Notes: generated from the sequence alone by a model not told the origin. DNA of 64,000 nt from Octopus bimaculoides (GCF_001194135.2 NC_068997.1:57037124-57101123); one strand, 5' to 3'. Counted from the first letter of the stretch, positions 1 through 13,947 are shown. A program made the numbers and translations.

Positions 1-3000
1 GTTATTAGTCGCGAATGTCTCTTAGCATAGTATTTGCTGGAGCTTGTAGAAATAACAGTCAAATCTCACCGTACATTCTTTTAAATGAAGGCTCGTGGGA
101 TAATATAGACAGAGGTGCAATACAGATATAAAACACGGAAATACCACAACTGGAATAAATTGGTTGGTTAATTTGTGTAGTCAGGGTACAGCATATACTA
201 TACTACTATTACTACTATTACAAAAATAGCAACTACTTTAATAACAATGATAACAACAGCAACAGTTGAGCAATAAGGAAGCTGTCCTACAGCTCGAGAG
301 TCTGATAAAAATAGCAATCGAGTTTCTTAAAAACCACAGCCAATCATCATTAAACTAGGCATGCAAAGTAGATTGAAATAGACCATATTAAAAAGAAATA
401 CACGGCACGGATCAATGGACGAATGTGGTTGTGAGCCATTGTATGTACTTACTATAATAATTAGCCAAATTTCTCTCAACATCTTAACGGTTACAAGGAT
501 ATATAAAAGACAAAATCTGGAAAAAGCAAGGATGTTCATGGTTGGAATATCTTTTGAACATAGGAAAGCTCAATCTAGATTCTAGATGAACTTTTTCCCA
601 AACAACACCAGAAACATCCAACAAGAATTCAAACAAAGTGTTAAAAAAATCATCTTACTAGTCTAAGTCTGTAAAGGCTGCGAGTTTTGCCCTATTCCTG
701 AAGCCAAATGCCAAACACAAAGAGGAAAATAGTAAACATGTGTTCTAAGAACATTTCTAATCAATAACATATTCTTATATTGATTTTTGTTTTGTCAAGT
801 TGCTATTTTCGACATAAATTACAATTCTCAATGTTTTGTTGAAGTGGGAAAGCTTTGTGGTTGAATGGTCTTACAAATACGGAATAACTGGACACAGAAA
901 ACTTGGTTTCTTTCCAAAGTGTCTCTGTATGTATATAAATCTCCGGATAACAACTGGTGATCGAGACTGTGCCTGTGCTTTATTCATTATCCATTGATAC
1001 AATTTGTACAATTTCTCCATTTTATATATATATATATATATCTTTGTGTGCATATGTGTATATATATGTAAATAAGTATTGCATATATATATATATATTT
1101 ATATACATATAAATGTATGTATATGCTTGTGCGTATGCCTGTACGTGTTTGTAGGGGATACAGTTACAAAAAAAAATATATTTGCGTCAGTAGAGTTTGA
1201 ATCGGACACCGACGGTAACCTAAGTTTGATAATGTTGTTTGACATCAGGTCAATATTCATTGTGGAGATCTCTATCCGGAGGCGTTCTAGTTTTGAATAC
1301 TCCTTCTGATTTCATTCCAATATTATGCATTTTCCAATGTCTTCTTCGCTTTTTAAGACAATCTTCAGTAATTCAACATGGATTTCGCTGTTATTTCTAA
1401 CAAATTCAGTGTTATACGAAAGGCCTATTTTTACGTATAAAATTATTCTAGAATTACAGCTCCCAACCATTATGTTTTATCAAATGATCCAATGAATTTA
1501 TATAGCCTAAAAGAATAAAAAAGACACAATTTCATTTAGGTTAGATTTGAACCAAATTTATGTTGTAATAGCCGTGGAATTTTGCCAAATGCAAAGAGTT
1601 GTGTTAATCTCTGAATGTAAAGAGAAAGCCTACATCAAAGGTAAGAGGAGTATGGATGGAGAGGTGACATTTTGTGTTTTATTTTGCCTTTTTAACGAAA
1701 GCATTAAAAAAATGTTATTTCTAGCTAAAGAATAATATTTTTATAGTATCATCGTGCACATGCATAGGTGCATACACAGAAGCAGGAAGTGATCTTAGAA
1801 GCTGAAGGAAATATCGCAATTATGTAAATATTCTGGGTGAAGTAGATCATTTATGAAAATTACATTTCATACGGAGAGGAGCTTGATGTCTACATTAGAA
1901 TCTATATTTGGTCTACATGTCGATATAAAAAGAAGACAAATACAAAGCAAGGAATGAGAAAGAAAACTTAAGAGAGATCAATTTAAGACCTATTTCTATC
2001 TATTTCCTGTAATATTTTCTGATAGAGCTTATTTCTGAAGATAATTGCTTTGCTGCTTTTGGTTTTGATCCTGGTATGAAAAGAGAGCCGAAAAGATCAT
2101 CGAGATATAATTTAGGAAAATTATATCGTTTACATTCCCATTAACTTGTGTAAATATCTGAAAGATATGAAAGGGAAAAAAAAAAAAGAAACGAAAAAAG
2201 GAAATGATAATATAAAAGTAAAGAATTGTACGAAAAAATAGATAAAGAAATATTAATTTCTTGAGAGAAATCTTATATAAAGTTGCGAAAGAAAGATGTG
2301 AAATTTAGAGTTTTAATGTTTGTTGGCAAATATCATGTTTTGGGAACGATTCATAACAATATCATATACACTGAAAAGTTATATATGTGGCATCATCATC
2401 ATCATCATCATCGCTGTCGTCTCTCATCACCCCACACTTACCCTATCACTGTCGTCATCAGCAACAAGAGTAGCACTACAACCTCCATTTTCTCCTCCTC
2501 CTCCACCTCCTCATCATCATCACCATCCTCAATAGCGGAAGCAACATCACTATTTCGTATCTTTAGGTCAATAGGTTTCATTGTTTTGGTCATAATTCTC
2601 ATTGCACCTCGTCCCCCCCCCCAAAAAAAAACAACCGTTATTCAATTAATTTTCGTGTCTTACCACTATTCTTGTTTATTTGTGATTTTTTTTTTATTGG
2701 TGTTGTTTTTTTATACTCTCAAGTATTTGATTCTTATCTCGAAATCATTGTAAGATGTTTTATTGTTAATAATTGCCTATCACCTAGCATTGTTGCAGCA
2801 GCAACGAACGAAGAATTACACACCATTCTCTCTCTTTTTTCTTTCTCTCTCTCATTTTATGTCTCTCTCTATCTATTCTATCTGTCTGCCTCTCCTTGTC
2901 TTCAATGCTCCTTTCTCTATCTCTTACTAGTCTCAACGACAATACTCACCAAGACCAAGTCATATCTAAACTGTTTTACCTACGACTCTACTTCTTCAAT

Positions 3001-4908
3001 GCAGTCTTAATCCTAAACAGCAAAAACTATCAAAAACATGAGTAAGACATTTTTCCCCTCGATTAACAACAACGCAATGCACATTAAAATCAAGAAATAT
3101 TTTCCTTTTCCCAGGAATTCTTAATAATTTTGCTTCAATTCTTTCTCAATTTTCTTCCTGTGTTTCAATTTGTCCTCTTCCACTTATTCTCTTTACATCC
3201 TCTCAAGCTGATTCATTATTCTCACTGACTAACACCTTCCATCGTTCTATCATTTCCCATCGTCTCTCCAACACTTAAATATTATACACGACGTTCCTCA
3301 CTCACTTTCTTCTCTGTCAATCTCTTTATCGTTCTCACACTTAATCCCTGACATTTTTTTTATCCCTGCAACCTTCCAAATACCACTTTGTCCTAAAATG
3401 CTATTTTTCCTTCTTGATGCTCCCCCTCCCTCAAACTACGTCTTACTTACATGTCTGAACATCACATACGTTGCTAACTGCTAGCTGCTTCTCTCTCCCT
3501 CTCTCTCAATCGTCCACCCATCTATTTATCCAAGTAGCATCCCTTTTTCTTTCTTTTCAGCCATAATCATCATAACCACTAATTGCTTTACTCAGTGACA
3601 GCGGAAAGAGAAAGGAAAGGTCTAAAATCATAAAAAAAACAACAGATATCAAAGCTGATGCGTTACATATTAACATTTATTATTTTTTTTTAGCTATCTG
3701 TGGTACATAAGATTGCTCTTCTATTTCTTCACATTATTTTTACGCGATAGAAAAAATGTCAAATGGAAAATTCGTGGAACAGTACCGGGACATGTTTTAT
3801 CAAATTAACAGTGATGACAGACGAAGTTTAAACCAGTTGGATTTCAATTTATTTTAAAATAACAAATCCGTGCTGTTTTCATTAAAAAGTAGAAATATCT
3901 AGCAGCCAAAATATTCCCTAAACGTATGAGAAAACGTCAATGGTGCTTCGTTAGCCAAGAGCTCGTAAAGGTGGTTTCCCGAATTTTGAGGCGTATATAT
4001 GACATGCCATTTATAATTTGTAAATTCTAGAGTGTTTTCCAAAAAGTGTAATATACAGGACAACCAAATCCACTGTGCCCTTACTACTGTTGGCAGACTG
4101 TGTTTCCTTTTCTGGCAGTGGTTATCAGTGATGATCTCGTATATTGTTTAAGGCAGTACCGGATCCTCTCTCCACATCACATCCTATTTCAATCTATCCT
4201 TTACATCTCACTAAATTCCTGATTAATCTTATATTAAGCCAATAACACACAATATGTCCAGGAGTCCGACACAGTAAGTCTTCATTAGATGAAAATATAA
4301 TTTTTTTCCCATTCAAATATTTTCTCTGCTGGTAATATTGATTAATATTTTATTTAATTACAGCAGTTATTATGTCTTTTTGATGTTCACAACCAATTTT
4401 TCCTCTTTTAATTGGTTTGGTTCTTTCAGCTCCTTTTGTTGCTTAGATCTACACCAAATTGTTAGTTTTTGACTTTTTTTTTATCTTTCTCCATAGATTA
4501 TCTACAAACTACAGGAATCTGTAATGGTTTATTTTCTTATGTTGAATACATACTTTCTAATTGGCTCACTATCGATAAAGTTCACCAGACCTTTTACTTT
4601 CAACTAAATTACCGTAATGATTACTGTTCTACTTTAGAATTTCAAAGTTAATTCATTCAATAATATAAATGCAGCATATATAATCTCTAACAATTTAACT
4701 GTAATACTTTAAACATAAATAATAAAAGCTACACAGACACTAATCTAAGACACTCATTCCACACACACGTATGCCATCGTACATACATAATCCTAATCAT
4801 ACATTTGTTGATGACACTGCATCTAAACGAAGTAATTTCATGCTTGATATATCGAACGAAATCCTCTGAGGATTAACTCATCCATTCTCATAATGGTATA
4901 TAAGATTC

Positions 4909-4947
<39 letters not shown>

Positions 4948-5093
4948 CGTCATATTTAAACAAACATAATTTTGCTTTTGAAGCGTTGAAACGTATTGTA
5001 GAACAAATAGAAGGATACATTTTTTCATCAACGCTAAAATACTGATAGAGCAGCATATATAGGATAGAATCCTTTTAGAACAGAAACATTTTT

Positions 5094-5230
5094 GTCGGCA
5101 AAGTCAATAATGGTTTTTGACAAGGCACTGTGTTGGGCCCACTACTTTGCATAGTCCGCATCAATGGCATTACTGACATCATCAAGTATAGCATCATCTG
5201 TGCAGAACTTTTGCAGATGATTCCAATATT
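5094..5230 (+). mobile_element. Degenerate non-LTR retrotransposon RT fragment (CR1/L2/Jockey-like)
   Basis: Manual translation gives VGKVNNGF*QGTVLGPLLCIVRINGITDIIKYS, then frameshifted FADDSNI. This matches RT motifs GVPQG(S/T)VLGPLLF..IND and FADD, with a stop and a frameshift. Confidence 0.8.
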
Positions 5231-5400
5231 TGTTTTAATTTTGGGATTCGTTTCTTTATTTTGTAACAACAATTAATTATGGAGTTAATAATTATTCCTC
5301 CTAATTACGTGTAGTTTTAGTAAACGTCTCTTGTCCCATTAGACCTTACTTACACGACAATAACATTAAACACTGTTTATGATGCTTTCAAATTTTGATA

Positions 5401-5587
5401 CAAGGCCAGCAACTTTGGGGGAGGGGGGTTAGTCGATTTCATAGACTTCATGCTCGATTGCTACTTATTTTCTCGACCCAGAAAGGATGAAAGAGAAAGT
5501 GGAACGCCACGGTATTTGAACTCACGACGTAAAAATAGACGAGATGCCGCTAAGCATTTACCCGGCATGCTAACAGTTCTGCCAGTT
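5401..5587 (-). mobile_element. SINE family A copy (tRNA-like head, central ...tttcatcctttcggggtcga... domain)
   Basis: Reverse complement matches the copies at 17049, 51821 and 55577 (ggcagaa..gttagcatgccgg, gagttcaaat B-box, ctttcatcctttc.gggtcga.aaaataagta). Confidence 0.85.
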
Positions 5588-6284
5588 CGGACATTTGTGT
5601 GGAGCATCGTTAAGTGTTGATGCCCATATCGCTCAACACTGTCATAGTCCACCTGGATTATTTAGAGCAGCAGTACAACGATTACAAACATAAAACGCAC
5701 ACACGTAGACATTCAGTCGTACATACACACGTCTCTACTGGATCGCCAATTGGAAATTTCGGTAGCATTTCATTTTCTTTCTTTTTTACTTTTTTTTTGT
5801 TTCCTTCCTTATACTATTTGTCACTCATTTATTCCAGCGGCAATTATTCAGTGAAATGAAATTTCTTATTGAAGGAAAAAGACATAAACATAAATCAAAA
5901 CGAAGAACAAATATTATCTTACATACATGCATGGATACGCATTGACACACGTATACATGTGTTATGTACACACACATTCACATTCACACATACTCATTGA
6001 TCATTCTATTGAAAGATTGCCAGGACATTGTCTGTGCTTTAGTAATTCTGTCCTGCCGTTTGATCTGGGACTTATCAACCATTCACCTCATCGCCAACTC
6101 CTTGATGTACAGTCACTGTAAAAAATAACGACATAAACAGCCAGAATGGCAAGTAAAAGAACAGGAAGGGACAACAACACTGGCCATCAGTTTACATTTA
6201 TTCCTATCACCACATCCCAAATTGTCGCTGCCGATATCCCCAACATATTTTATAATCCAGGAATTGGTTGACTCAAGCAGACCG

Positions 6285-6365
6285 GACAATTTTGGAATTC
6301 TTTTAAACATAAACAACAATTTAAGAAACACGATGGGGGAGGAAAGACTAAGTTTGACGTATTTG
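6285..6365 (+). mobile_element. Possible hAT transposase C-terminal dimerisation-domain remnant
   Basis: Peptide [20 protein letters not shown] resembles the hAT motif K..K.YLRSTMGQERLS.L. The match is short and flanking motifs are not in register. Confidence 0.3.
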
Positions 6366-6372
6366 TTTTTCC

Positions 6373-6379
<7 letters not shown>

Positions 6380-6451
<72 letters not shown>
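6380..6451. repeat. (TA)n microsatellite, representative of many (e.g. 13306-13379, 45757-45824 and the flanks of most N-gaps)
   Basis: Direct reading; these produce the YIYIYI ORFs. Confidence 0.98.
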
Positions 6452-6454
<3 letters not shown>

Positions 6455-7207
6455 GTGTGTGTGTGTGTGTGCAAGTGGTTGTTTGTTTGACTTCTCCAGC
6501 AGAGAAAGGAAAGGTTTTAAATTGCTTTCTGTCCAAACTTTTTCGTTTCCATTTCACTAAGAATCAAAGGTCAGTGAGAACAGAAAATTATCAAAGGTGT
6601 ATTAAACATGTGGCTTTTAATAAATCCTCTCTCCGCACCCAAATGTTATTGATGTTCAATGTAGTTTGATGCTAAGAACCAATGAAGTTTTAACTCTGCT
6701 ACTGTAGGATCTTGATGGAGAAAGCTTCACTCTTCTGCAATTAATATTGACGTATAAATAAAACTGTCTGGTTGTTGCTGCTGTTGTATTCACTGCTGCC
6801 TCTGCTGCTGTTTTTTTTTTTGTTTTTTTTTGCTAACATTGTTGTTGCTTATTATTGTTGTTCTTTTAATTGTTGATTTTCTTCTGATGTTATTGCTCTT
6901 TTAACTGCTATTGTCATGGCGGAAACTGTTGTTTGTTTTAGTAGTTTATTTAGGAATTATTTTTAATTCCAAATTATTCATTCGTCGATTTCGTCGCTCT
7001 CATTGTTATTACCGTTCTCCTTATTATTATTATTATTATTAGTATCAGTATTATCATTATCGTTCTTTCCGCTGTGTTGACGGTAGAAATAGCTTTCGTT
7101 ATTGTTTGCATATGATTTGTCATAAGTTTGTTATGGTTATTACTGCTGTCATTATTGATAATGGTAAGTTGCTGGGATGCCTGCTTGGCAGTGTGTGTTA
7201 CAAAGTG

Positions 7208-7277
7208 GTTAAATACTGTTACAGTTAAATACTGTTACAGTTAAATACTGTTACAGTTAAATACTGTTACAGTTAAA
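7208..7277. repeat. 16-bp tandem repeat (GTTAAATACTGTTACA) x4.4
   Basis: Four identical units plus GTTAAA, read directly. Confidence 0.95.
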
Positions 7278-8344
7278 CTTATAAGCGCAATTCTCATAGA
7301 TGTCTCTTTATCATTCCATGAAAGGACTTATGTTTCTTAACATAAACGTATCAACCTATAGCCTTCTCCCTATGAAAAAGTGAACTTAGTCATCGAATTA
7401 ACTCTTCATGTTTCCATATTCAAGAAAATAATGTACAAGTTGAATATTGGCATCCATCAAGTACACCGAGCCACATAATATCAGGCTTTCTTCAATAATT
7501 TTAAAAGTTATTTGTTATCATTATTGCTATTTATTATTATTTTTCCAAACAGTCGACGAGTAACAATATAACATCCTTTAATCCGCTCAAATTAGCAAGC
7601 CCATCCGGTCATGCTAAAATTGTTCGAAAGGAGAGAACAGCGTTTGTGGAGCCGCATTTAAACATAGATTTCTCTCGAGTGTTTCTTTGATAGGAAAATT
7701 GTTTTGTGTTTTTGGGGGGTGAAATTAAAAACAATTAAAATGATTGTGAGGACATAGCGATGTTAACTAAAGTTTATGATGTTGTGGTGAAGATGTAGCG
7801 AAATAGTGATTAGAGGGAGTAAAGCAAAGTTTTATACGTTTTATGTTATAATCGATAGATATAACACGTTACAGAAATGATAAGAAACGAATAATTTTAA
7901 GTGTCACCAAACAAATAATGGGTCTCCTTTGGAAACGGGATTTGTCTTAAAATTCTAATCACCGACCGCTTTAACATCAACATTTAGCGGTTAGTAATTT
8001 GCAACATTGTGTTTTACATGAGTTAGCCCGGACGCAATATACGAACAGATATATATATATATATATATATATACCTAATATCTTTAGTGCACAGCTCCGT
8101 AGAACATTCACTAATTTCCGACAGAAAATTACAATTAAGCCCCCCATATTATATTATAGGGAATTTTACTGCAGGTCTCTCTTTACTTAAACAAATGAAT
8201 ACTCTGTAATAAAATTCCTCCCTCTCTCTCTTAACCTTACTTGTTTGGTATGTTTAATTCAAGGTTTGGGATGGTTTGTTTCGTAATGCTCGCTGCTTTG
8301 GTTTCTTTTGTAATTTCTGTAGTTTTTCTAGCACACGCTCTTAG

Positions 8345-8905
8345 GTTACGCCACCTGCAACGATTCGTGGACGGTGAACGTGTGTGAACTCCGTTTGTGA
8401 GGCTCCTCTTTCCACAGTTCGTCTCCTTGACGGAGCTCCAGCTCTGGGTGAAGAAAAGACCGAGACTGGGTGCCTGGCATCTAGAATGTAGTCAGGCATT
8501 ACAGCGCTCTTCCAGTTGGACAATAGGATCGGTGGATGTTCCGCGTTACAAATTTACAGAGGATTAGTGGCGAGTAAGTATGACGAAATTCTCGGGGAGG
8601 CTCCAGCCGCTGACGAAAACAAACTGGTTGTTCTGTTTCGGAGGACTTTTCAATAAGGAACTATTATGGATAATTCCCAGATGTTCTTGGCCTGGCAGTG
8701 CCACAAAGGGGCGCCTTACGGATTCGAGATAAACCCTACAGGAACGAATGTACTGTCGAAGGATTTGTCCGGGGTGCCTGCAAAGAGATAAAACCGTTCT
8801 GCACGCACTCGTTCGCTGTCCGGACAATTCTGACCTGTGGGGTTATGTCGAACAGCTGCTGTCACGTGTCGTACGGATCCGTCTATCAACTGAGTCTTAT
8901 CTATA
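8345..8905 (+). mobile_element. Tx1/L1-clade LINE ORF2 3' fragment with degenerate zf-RVT (CCHC) region
   Basis: GC-rich island. Stitched frames read RHLQRFVDGERV*TPFVRLLFPQ...AWHLEC...YRGLVASKYDEILG...MDNSQMFLAWQCHKGA/LRIRDKPYR...C/KTVLHALVRCPDNSDLWGYVEQLLSR, matching the L1/Tx1 C-x2-C...ET..H.L..C...W pattern. Multiple stops and frameshifts. Confidence 0.8.
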
Positions 8906-8927
8906 GTGGTGTACGTACACTTTGGTA

Positions 8928-8996
<69 letters not shown>

Positions 8997-9189
8997 NNNN
9001 NNNNNNNNNNNNNNNNNNNNNNNNNNNNNNNNNNNNNNNNNNNNNNNNNNNNNNNNNNNNNNNNNNNNNNNNNNNNNNNNNNNNNNNNNNNNNNNNNNNN
9101 NNNNNNNNNNNNNNNNNNNNNNNNNNNNNNNNNNNNNNNNNNNNNNNNNNNNNNNNNNNNNNNNNNNNNNNNNNNNNNNNNNNNNNNNN
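8997..9189. other. Assembly gap (N-run); others at 10054-10305, 18911-19148, 20004-20883, 21300-21309, 27429-27476, 28246-29157, 30497-30506, 31445-31629, 51187-51384, 59516-59525, 61596-62074
   Basis: N characters, mostly flanked by simple repeats. Confidence 0.99.
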
Positions 9190-9262
<73 letters not shown>

Positions 9263-10020
9263 GCACACACTCGCATGTGTGTGTGTCTATATGTATATGG
9301 ACATATATACATATACTACAAACATATATATTACATAACTTACATACATTAGTGTTAATGTTCTTTTATATATTCTTTTTTTTTTGTTACTGATGAGTCT
9401 ATTTTTGAGAGGAATTAAAACTCTATACATGTTCTCCTGTGTCGTTCTTCACATTACATTGTTAACATTTTCTCTACATTTTACATAAAATTATTCGCAT
9501 GCGAATATCTGCATTGAGAAACCATTCAATATTCCCGATGCAGCATTATTCAGAAACTCCTGCACACTTATTTAAAACTTTGCTGAAGGTTTAATTTCAA
9601 TTTTGTAATTATTGAATGGATTAAAATATCTTTGTTTGTAAAAACAATGTTGAGCTTTCATAAAATGTGGTTTCCATTGAAATTCTTCATGTTGTAAAAC
9701 AAAAACAACGATATTACATTAGTTTACACTGATCTCCTTCTACGGCTGCCATCATGCTCAATTTAACATATTCTGGTATCATCTTGTGGTATTAGACTTA
9801 ACAACAATATGCTTACAAAGGTCGAGGCAACTTTCAGAATACGCTGATTTTATTATATTTTGTGCAAACTCTCATTAAAATTTGTTCATAATACAAAAGA
9901 TAACGCTGTACGTACATATATATATGTATGTATGTATGTGTGTGTTTTTGTGTGGATATACTGATATGAATAAAATCATACATACATACATATGTATCTA
10001 TGTAAATGCATATGAATATA

Positions 10021-10053
<33 letters not shown>

Positions 10054-10305
10054 NNNNNNNNNNNNNNNNNNNNNNNNNNNNNNNNNNNNNNNNNNNNNNN
10101 NNNNNNNNNNNNNNNNNNNNNNNNNNNNNNNNNNNNNNNNNNNNNNNNNNNNNNNNNNNNNNNNNNNNNNNNNNNNNNNNNNNNNNNNNNNNNNNNNNNN
10201 NNNNNNNNNNNNNNNNNNNNNNNNNNNNNNNNNNNNNNNNNNNNNNNNNNNNNNNNNNNNNNNNNNNNNNNNNNNNNNNNNNNNNNNNNNNNNNNNNNNN
10301 NNNNN

Positions 10306-10348
<43 letters not shown>

Positions 10349-11519
10349 TGAATAAATATATGTACGTACGTACGTATGTAACGTGGAAACTAAACGAAAA
10401 CTGTATGAGAAGCAAATTGAAATGCAATATTCTTTGATGCTAGATTTGTACTCAGATCACAAATTCTTCTTCCTTTACATAAAAACAAAACAATACAAAA
10501 ACAAATTGATGGCAGTGTTGAGATATTAAGAAGTTGCTTATCAAAGCAGAACAAGAGAAAAAAAAAAGAGAAAGAGCGAAATATTGGAAGAAGGGAAGAA
10601 GAAAGAAAGAAGTGTGTAAATCCCTGTAAAATAATATATCGAGAAGATATTTGCAAATATGAGAAACAAATCATTGTCGAATAATTAAAGAACAAAGAAG
10701 TTGGAGTTAGGCAATTATTATTTTGGTTCATTGTTTTGTTTTGTCAATCTGATTGAAGTTTGAAATAATGAACTGTTGGTTGACTTTGGAAATTGTTTTC
10801 TTTTTTTACTTTTGGAGGTGATTGGAAATTTTTTACTGATCATTCTATGATCAGCACCTTGCACAGAAAGAATCTGATTAATGACACACACACGCACACA
10901 TAATAGATATGTTATATATGCATTGAAATATTTTATGTATATAAACATATATATGTGTGTATTTTTAGAATATCCATATATATTACTCATACAATCACAT
11001 ATCTACATGTATGTAAGTATGCATGAATTCATGCTTGCATGTATGTCTGTATTGTAGGATTCCAACGCAATTACAGGGCGAGGTATATAATAATGTTCTT
11101 CTAAGCCACATTCTCAACTCATTTGACTCCCCGTACGTTATTTCCATCCTCCGCTGCTAACAAAGGTAACATCAGTACATCCATAGTCATGTATTTTCTT
11201 TAAATTCAAGACATTTATTTGTCTCTTCATACAAATATGTTCCATTTGAGCCTTTACGTCTCCTCTTAACTACCAAGATATCGCCACCAATCGAGTTCAT
11301 CAAAAATATTCTACTGCCATGTATGATTTGACATTTAATATAAATAATTTAAAACGGGATGGTCGTAGCTGGAAGTCCGTTGAAGATAAATCTGTTGCAT
11401 CAGAGACGACTGTGAAATAAAATTTTAAAAAATCACGGAAGAACATTTCTTGTATACGAGATATTGTTCGTTATCTAGAAAAAAGAATATATATTTTCTC
11501 ATCCATACTAATGTATTAC

Positions 11520-11598
11520 ATGGAAGACTCTGCCAGGTCACTTGATCTGCTAGAAATAGCAATGAAATCTCCCACAAATTACACCATCATATTTTAAC
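11520..11598 (-). repeat. Short unclassified interspersed repeat (core GAGATTT..TGCTATTTCTAGCA)
   Basis: Related cores at about 30-70 (-), 18615-18690 (+) and 45045-45085 (+). Confidence 0.6.
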
Positions 11599-12885
11599 AG
11601 AAAAATGTACTGTTCAGCTCAACTGGGGATTACCGACAACAAATTGCAGTAATTGCAAGTAAACTAATTCTATGAAGTGCGAGTGCTACTAACTATATAA
11701 ACAAGCAGTATCTCTATATCCTTCAGGTGTCTCTATCTATTTGATATGTTACTTGACAGGGGCGGGAATGCATTTGTCCTGGTGACAACTGGGAACATTT
11801 TGAAGCAGATGGCTAATATTTTGAGTAGTACAGAATGAATTCATTCTAAATAAACTGTAAGCTCAGAGACATTTCTTGCTTCAAGGAATTATATTTAAAT
11901 TTATGAAAGAGACTTTCAACAAAACTTGATTTTATAGGAGCAAAATTTTGCCGGATTATAAAAATTTTAAATAGTTTTGGTAAAATATTTCTTGTAAACC
12001 ATGTTGCATTCGCATTTTGCCTATGTATAGACAAATGAATTTAACAACTGGAATAATTAATATGTCTTGTAATTAGATACACAAATATGAATGAGAAATC
12101 AAATATTAGAATTGCATAGTTGCTACGATTGAATAAATTAATTTTGAAGATTTTAAATAATGATTAAAAAGAGAAATAAAGCATTTACAATGTATAAGAC
12201 CAAAAGAGTTAAAATTAATATATCTGAAGAATTTCAAGTTATGTATTTCATTGATTCCTAAAATACGAAATCGTTTTTGCCGCAGTGAAATAATATTGGA
12301 ATTATTTCAGAATTGGCTCAAATAAGACGAATGCCAAAATGGTAATAATACACATAAGTGTGCAAGCATTTACTTGCCTTCCATCCTGTTATTTACACAA
12401 GAGTGTTGCCATTTTTAATTCAAAATCTCCCTCAAGGATTTATACACATTCCCCCAGAAGCATGGGGAATCGATACGGCTGAAGTACAAAAGAATTCCAC
12501 TGAAAATGTATCATGTATTCTCCAAGATTTCATTTTATTTATCATATTTTCCAGTCAATTGCCAATTATACAGAAACGGACACTCTCGTGTTTCACACAC
12601 ACGCACGCACACACACACTCATACATATGCACACAAACGTACGCTAGAAAGAAGCACACACACAGACAAAAGTACACAAAATAGCACATTAAAGACATTC
12701 ATATTACACAAACATTTTAAAATAAATACATTCACACACAAACTAGTAAGCATACACAAATGCACACAGAGGCGTCTTTACACCGACACCCCCACACATT
12801 CATCTACACACAGACGCAGAGTAACGTACATAAACCCACACATACATAATCACTCTTTCTCTCTCTCTCTCTATCTTACTCTCTT

Positions 12886-12920
<35 letters not shown>

Positions 12921-13180
12921 ATGCTGATGAACAGATGTAATGCGATAAAGATTTTGGCCTCAGTGAAAAAGAAGCTGAGCATCTCAAGAGATTGTTGAAA
13001 GTTTGTGAAGGAGATATGGAGGCTTGCTTATTGAAAAGGTCTTTGGCAATGAACTGGAAATAGATAGAGCTTCGGGCAACAGTGACTATAAGAAATATAT
13101 TTACAAGGGTGCAATATGAAACACTGCAATTCCATTCTGTGAATAAGTAACTAACTGCTGCAGATATATGTGTGTGTTTC

Positions 13181-13183
<3 letters not shown>

Positions 13184-13238
<55 letters not shown>
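13184..13238. repeat. (CA)n microsatellite (others at 26175-26258 as TG, and 43683-43753)
   Basis: Direct reading. Confidence 0.98.
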
Positions 13239-13241
<3 letters not shown>

Positions 13242-13299
13242 GTAGACACTAGACGCACATGTATACGTACGTACTGACATACATGCATACACACATATA

Positions 13300-13380
<81 letters not shown>

Positions 13381-13382
13381 TT

Positions 13383-13520
13383 AAAATTTACAGAAAAAAC
13401 GAAAGACGAAGACCGGTGTATTAGTTTGACGCTCGGGAAAGTGAGAAAATATTTTACGTTTCGAGCCTACGCTCTTCACCAGAAAGGAATAAGAGAAAAT
13501 AAACAGAGAATAAAAAAAAA
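13383..13520 (-). mobile_element. Penelope-like terminal-repeat fragment, copy 1
   Basis: Clear similarity to 26262-26410 (aatttacagaaaaa..aaagacgaagac...tattagttt.acgctcggga...ttttacgtttcga...acgctcttca.cagaaagg). The minus-strand TGAAGAG...CGAAACGT motif is typical of Penelope pLTR ends; class assignment is inference. Confidence 0.55.
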
Positions 13521-13774
13521 CTTGTAGATTTAAACATACACAAATATATGCACACACCCATATACACACATATATCCGTATATGTAGTTATATATTCAGA
13601 GTTAGAAAGATAGATATACCTGTAGAAAAAAAGTAGGTACAACCAAGTGGTTGTATACTTGATTGAACAACTATGAGTAACCGGGTCTGCTCTCTCAGCC
13701 TGTTTTTTTAGAAAACCATTATTGCTTTACCATGTCCTTAGGTGGACCCAAATTTCATGATCGAAACTGTTTAC

Positions 13775-13880
13775 TGAAATACTTAGTGCCATTTCGTCCG
13801 TCTTCACAATCTGAGTTCAAATTCCGGCGATGTTAATTTGTATGTCATCTTTGCCATTTATCATTTCGGGGTCGAGAAAA
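13775..13880 (+). mobile_element. SINE family A partial copy
   Basis: atttcgtccgtcttcacaatctgagttcaaattccggcga...tcatttcggggtcgagaaaa matches the family A middle. Confidence 0.7.
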
Positions 13881-13947
13881 TGCTGCGAGCCGAGCACTAA
13901 AATAGCCTTGAGCCAAAATTTGAAACCACTTTTATTATTAAGGTTTC

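Noticed and set aside
4254-4273. Possible first coding exon ATGTCCAGGAGTCCGACACA followed by GTAAGT
   Set aside because: Only 20 nt. ATG plus a consensus donor occurs by chance at this scale, and no matching downstream exon was identified.
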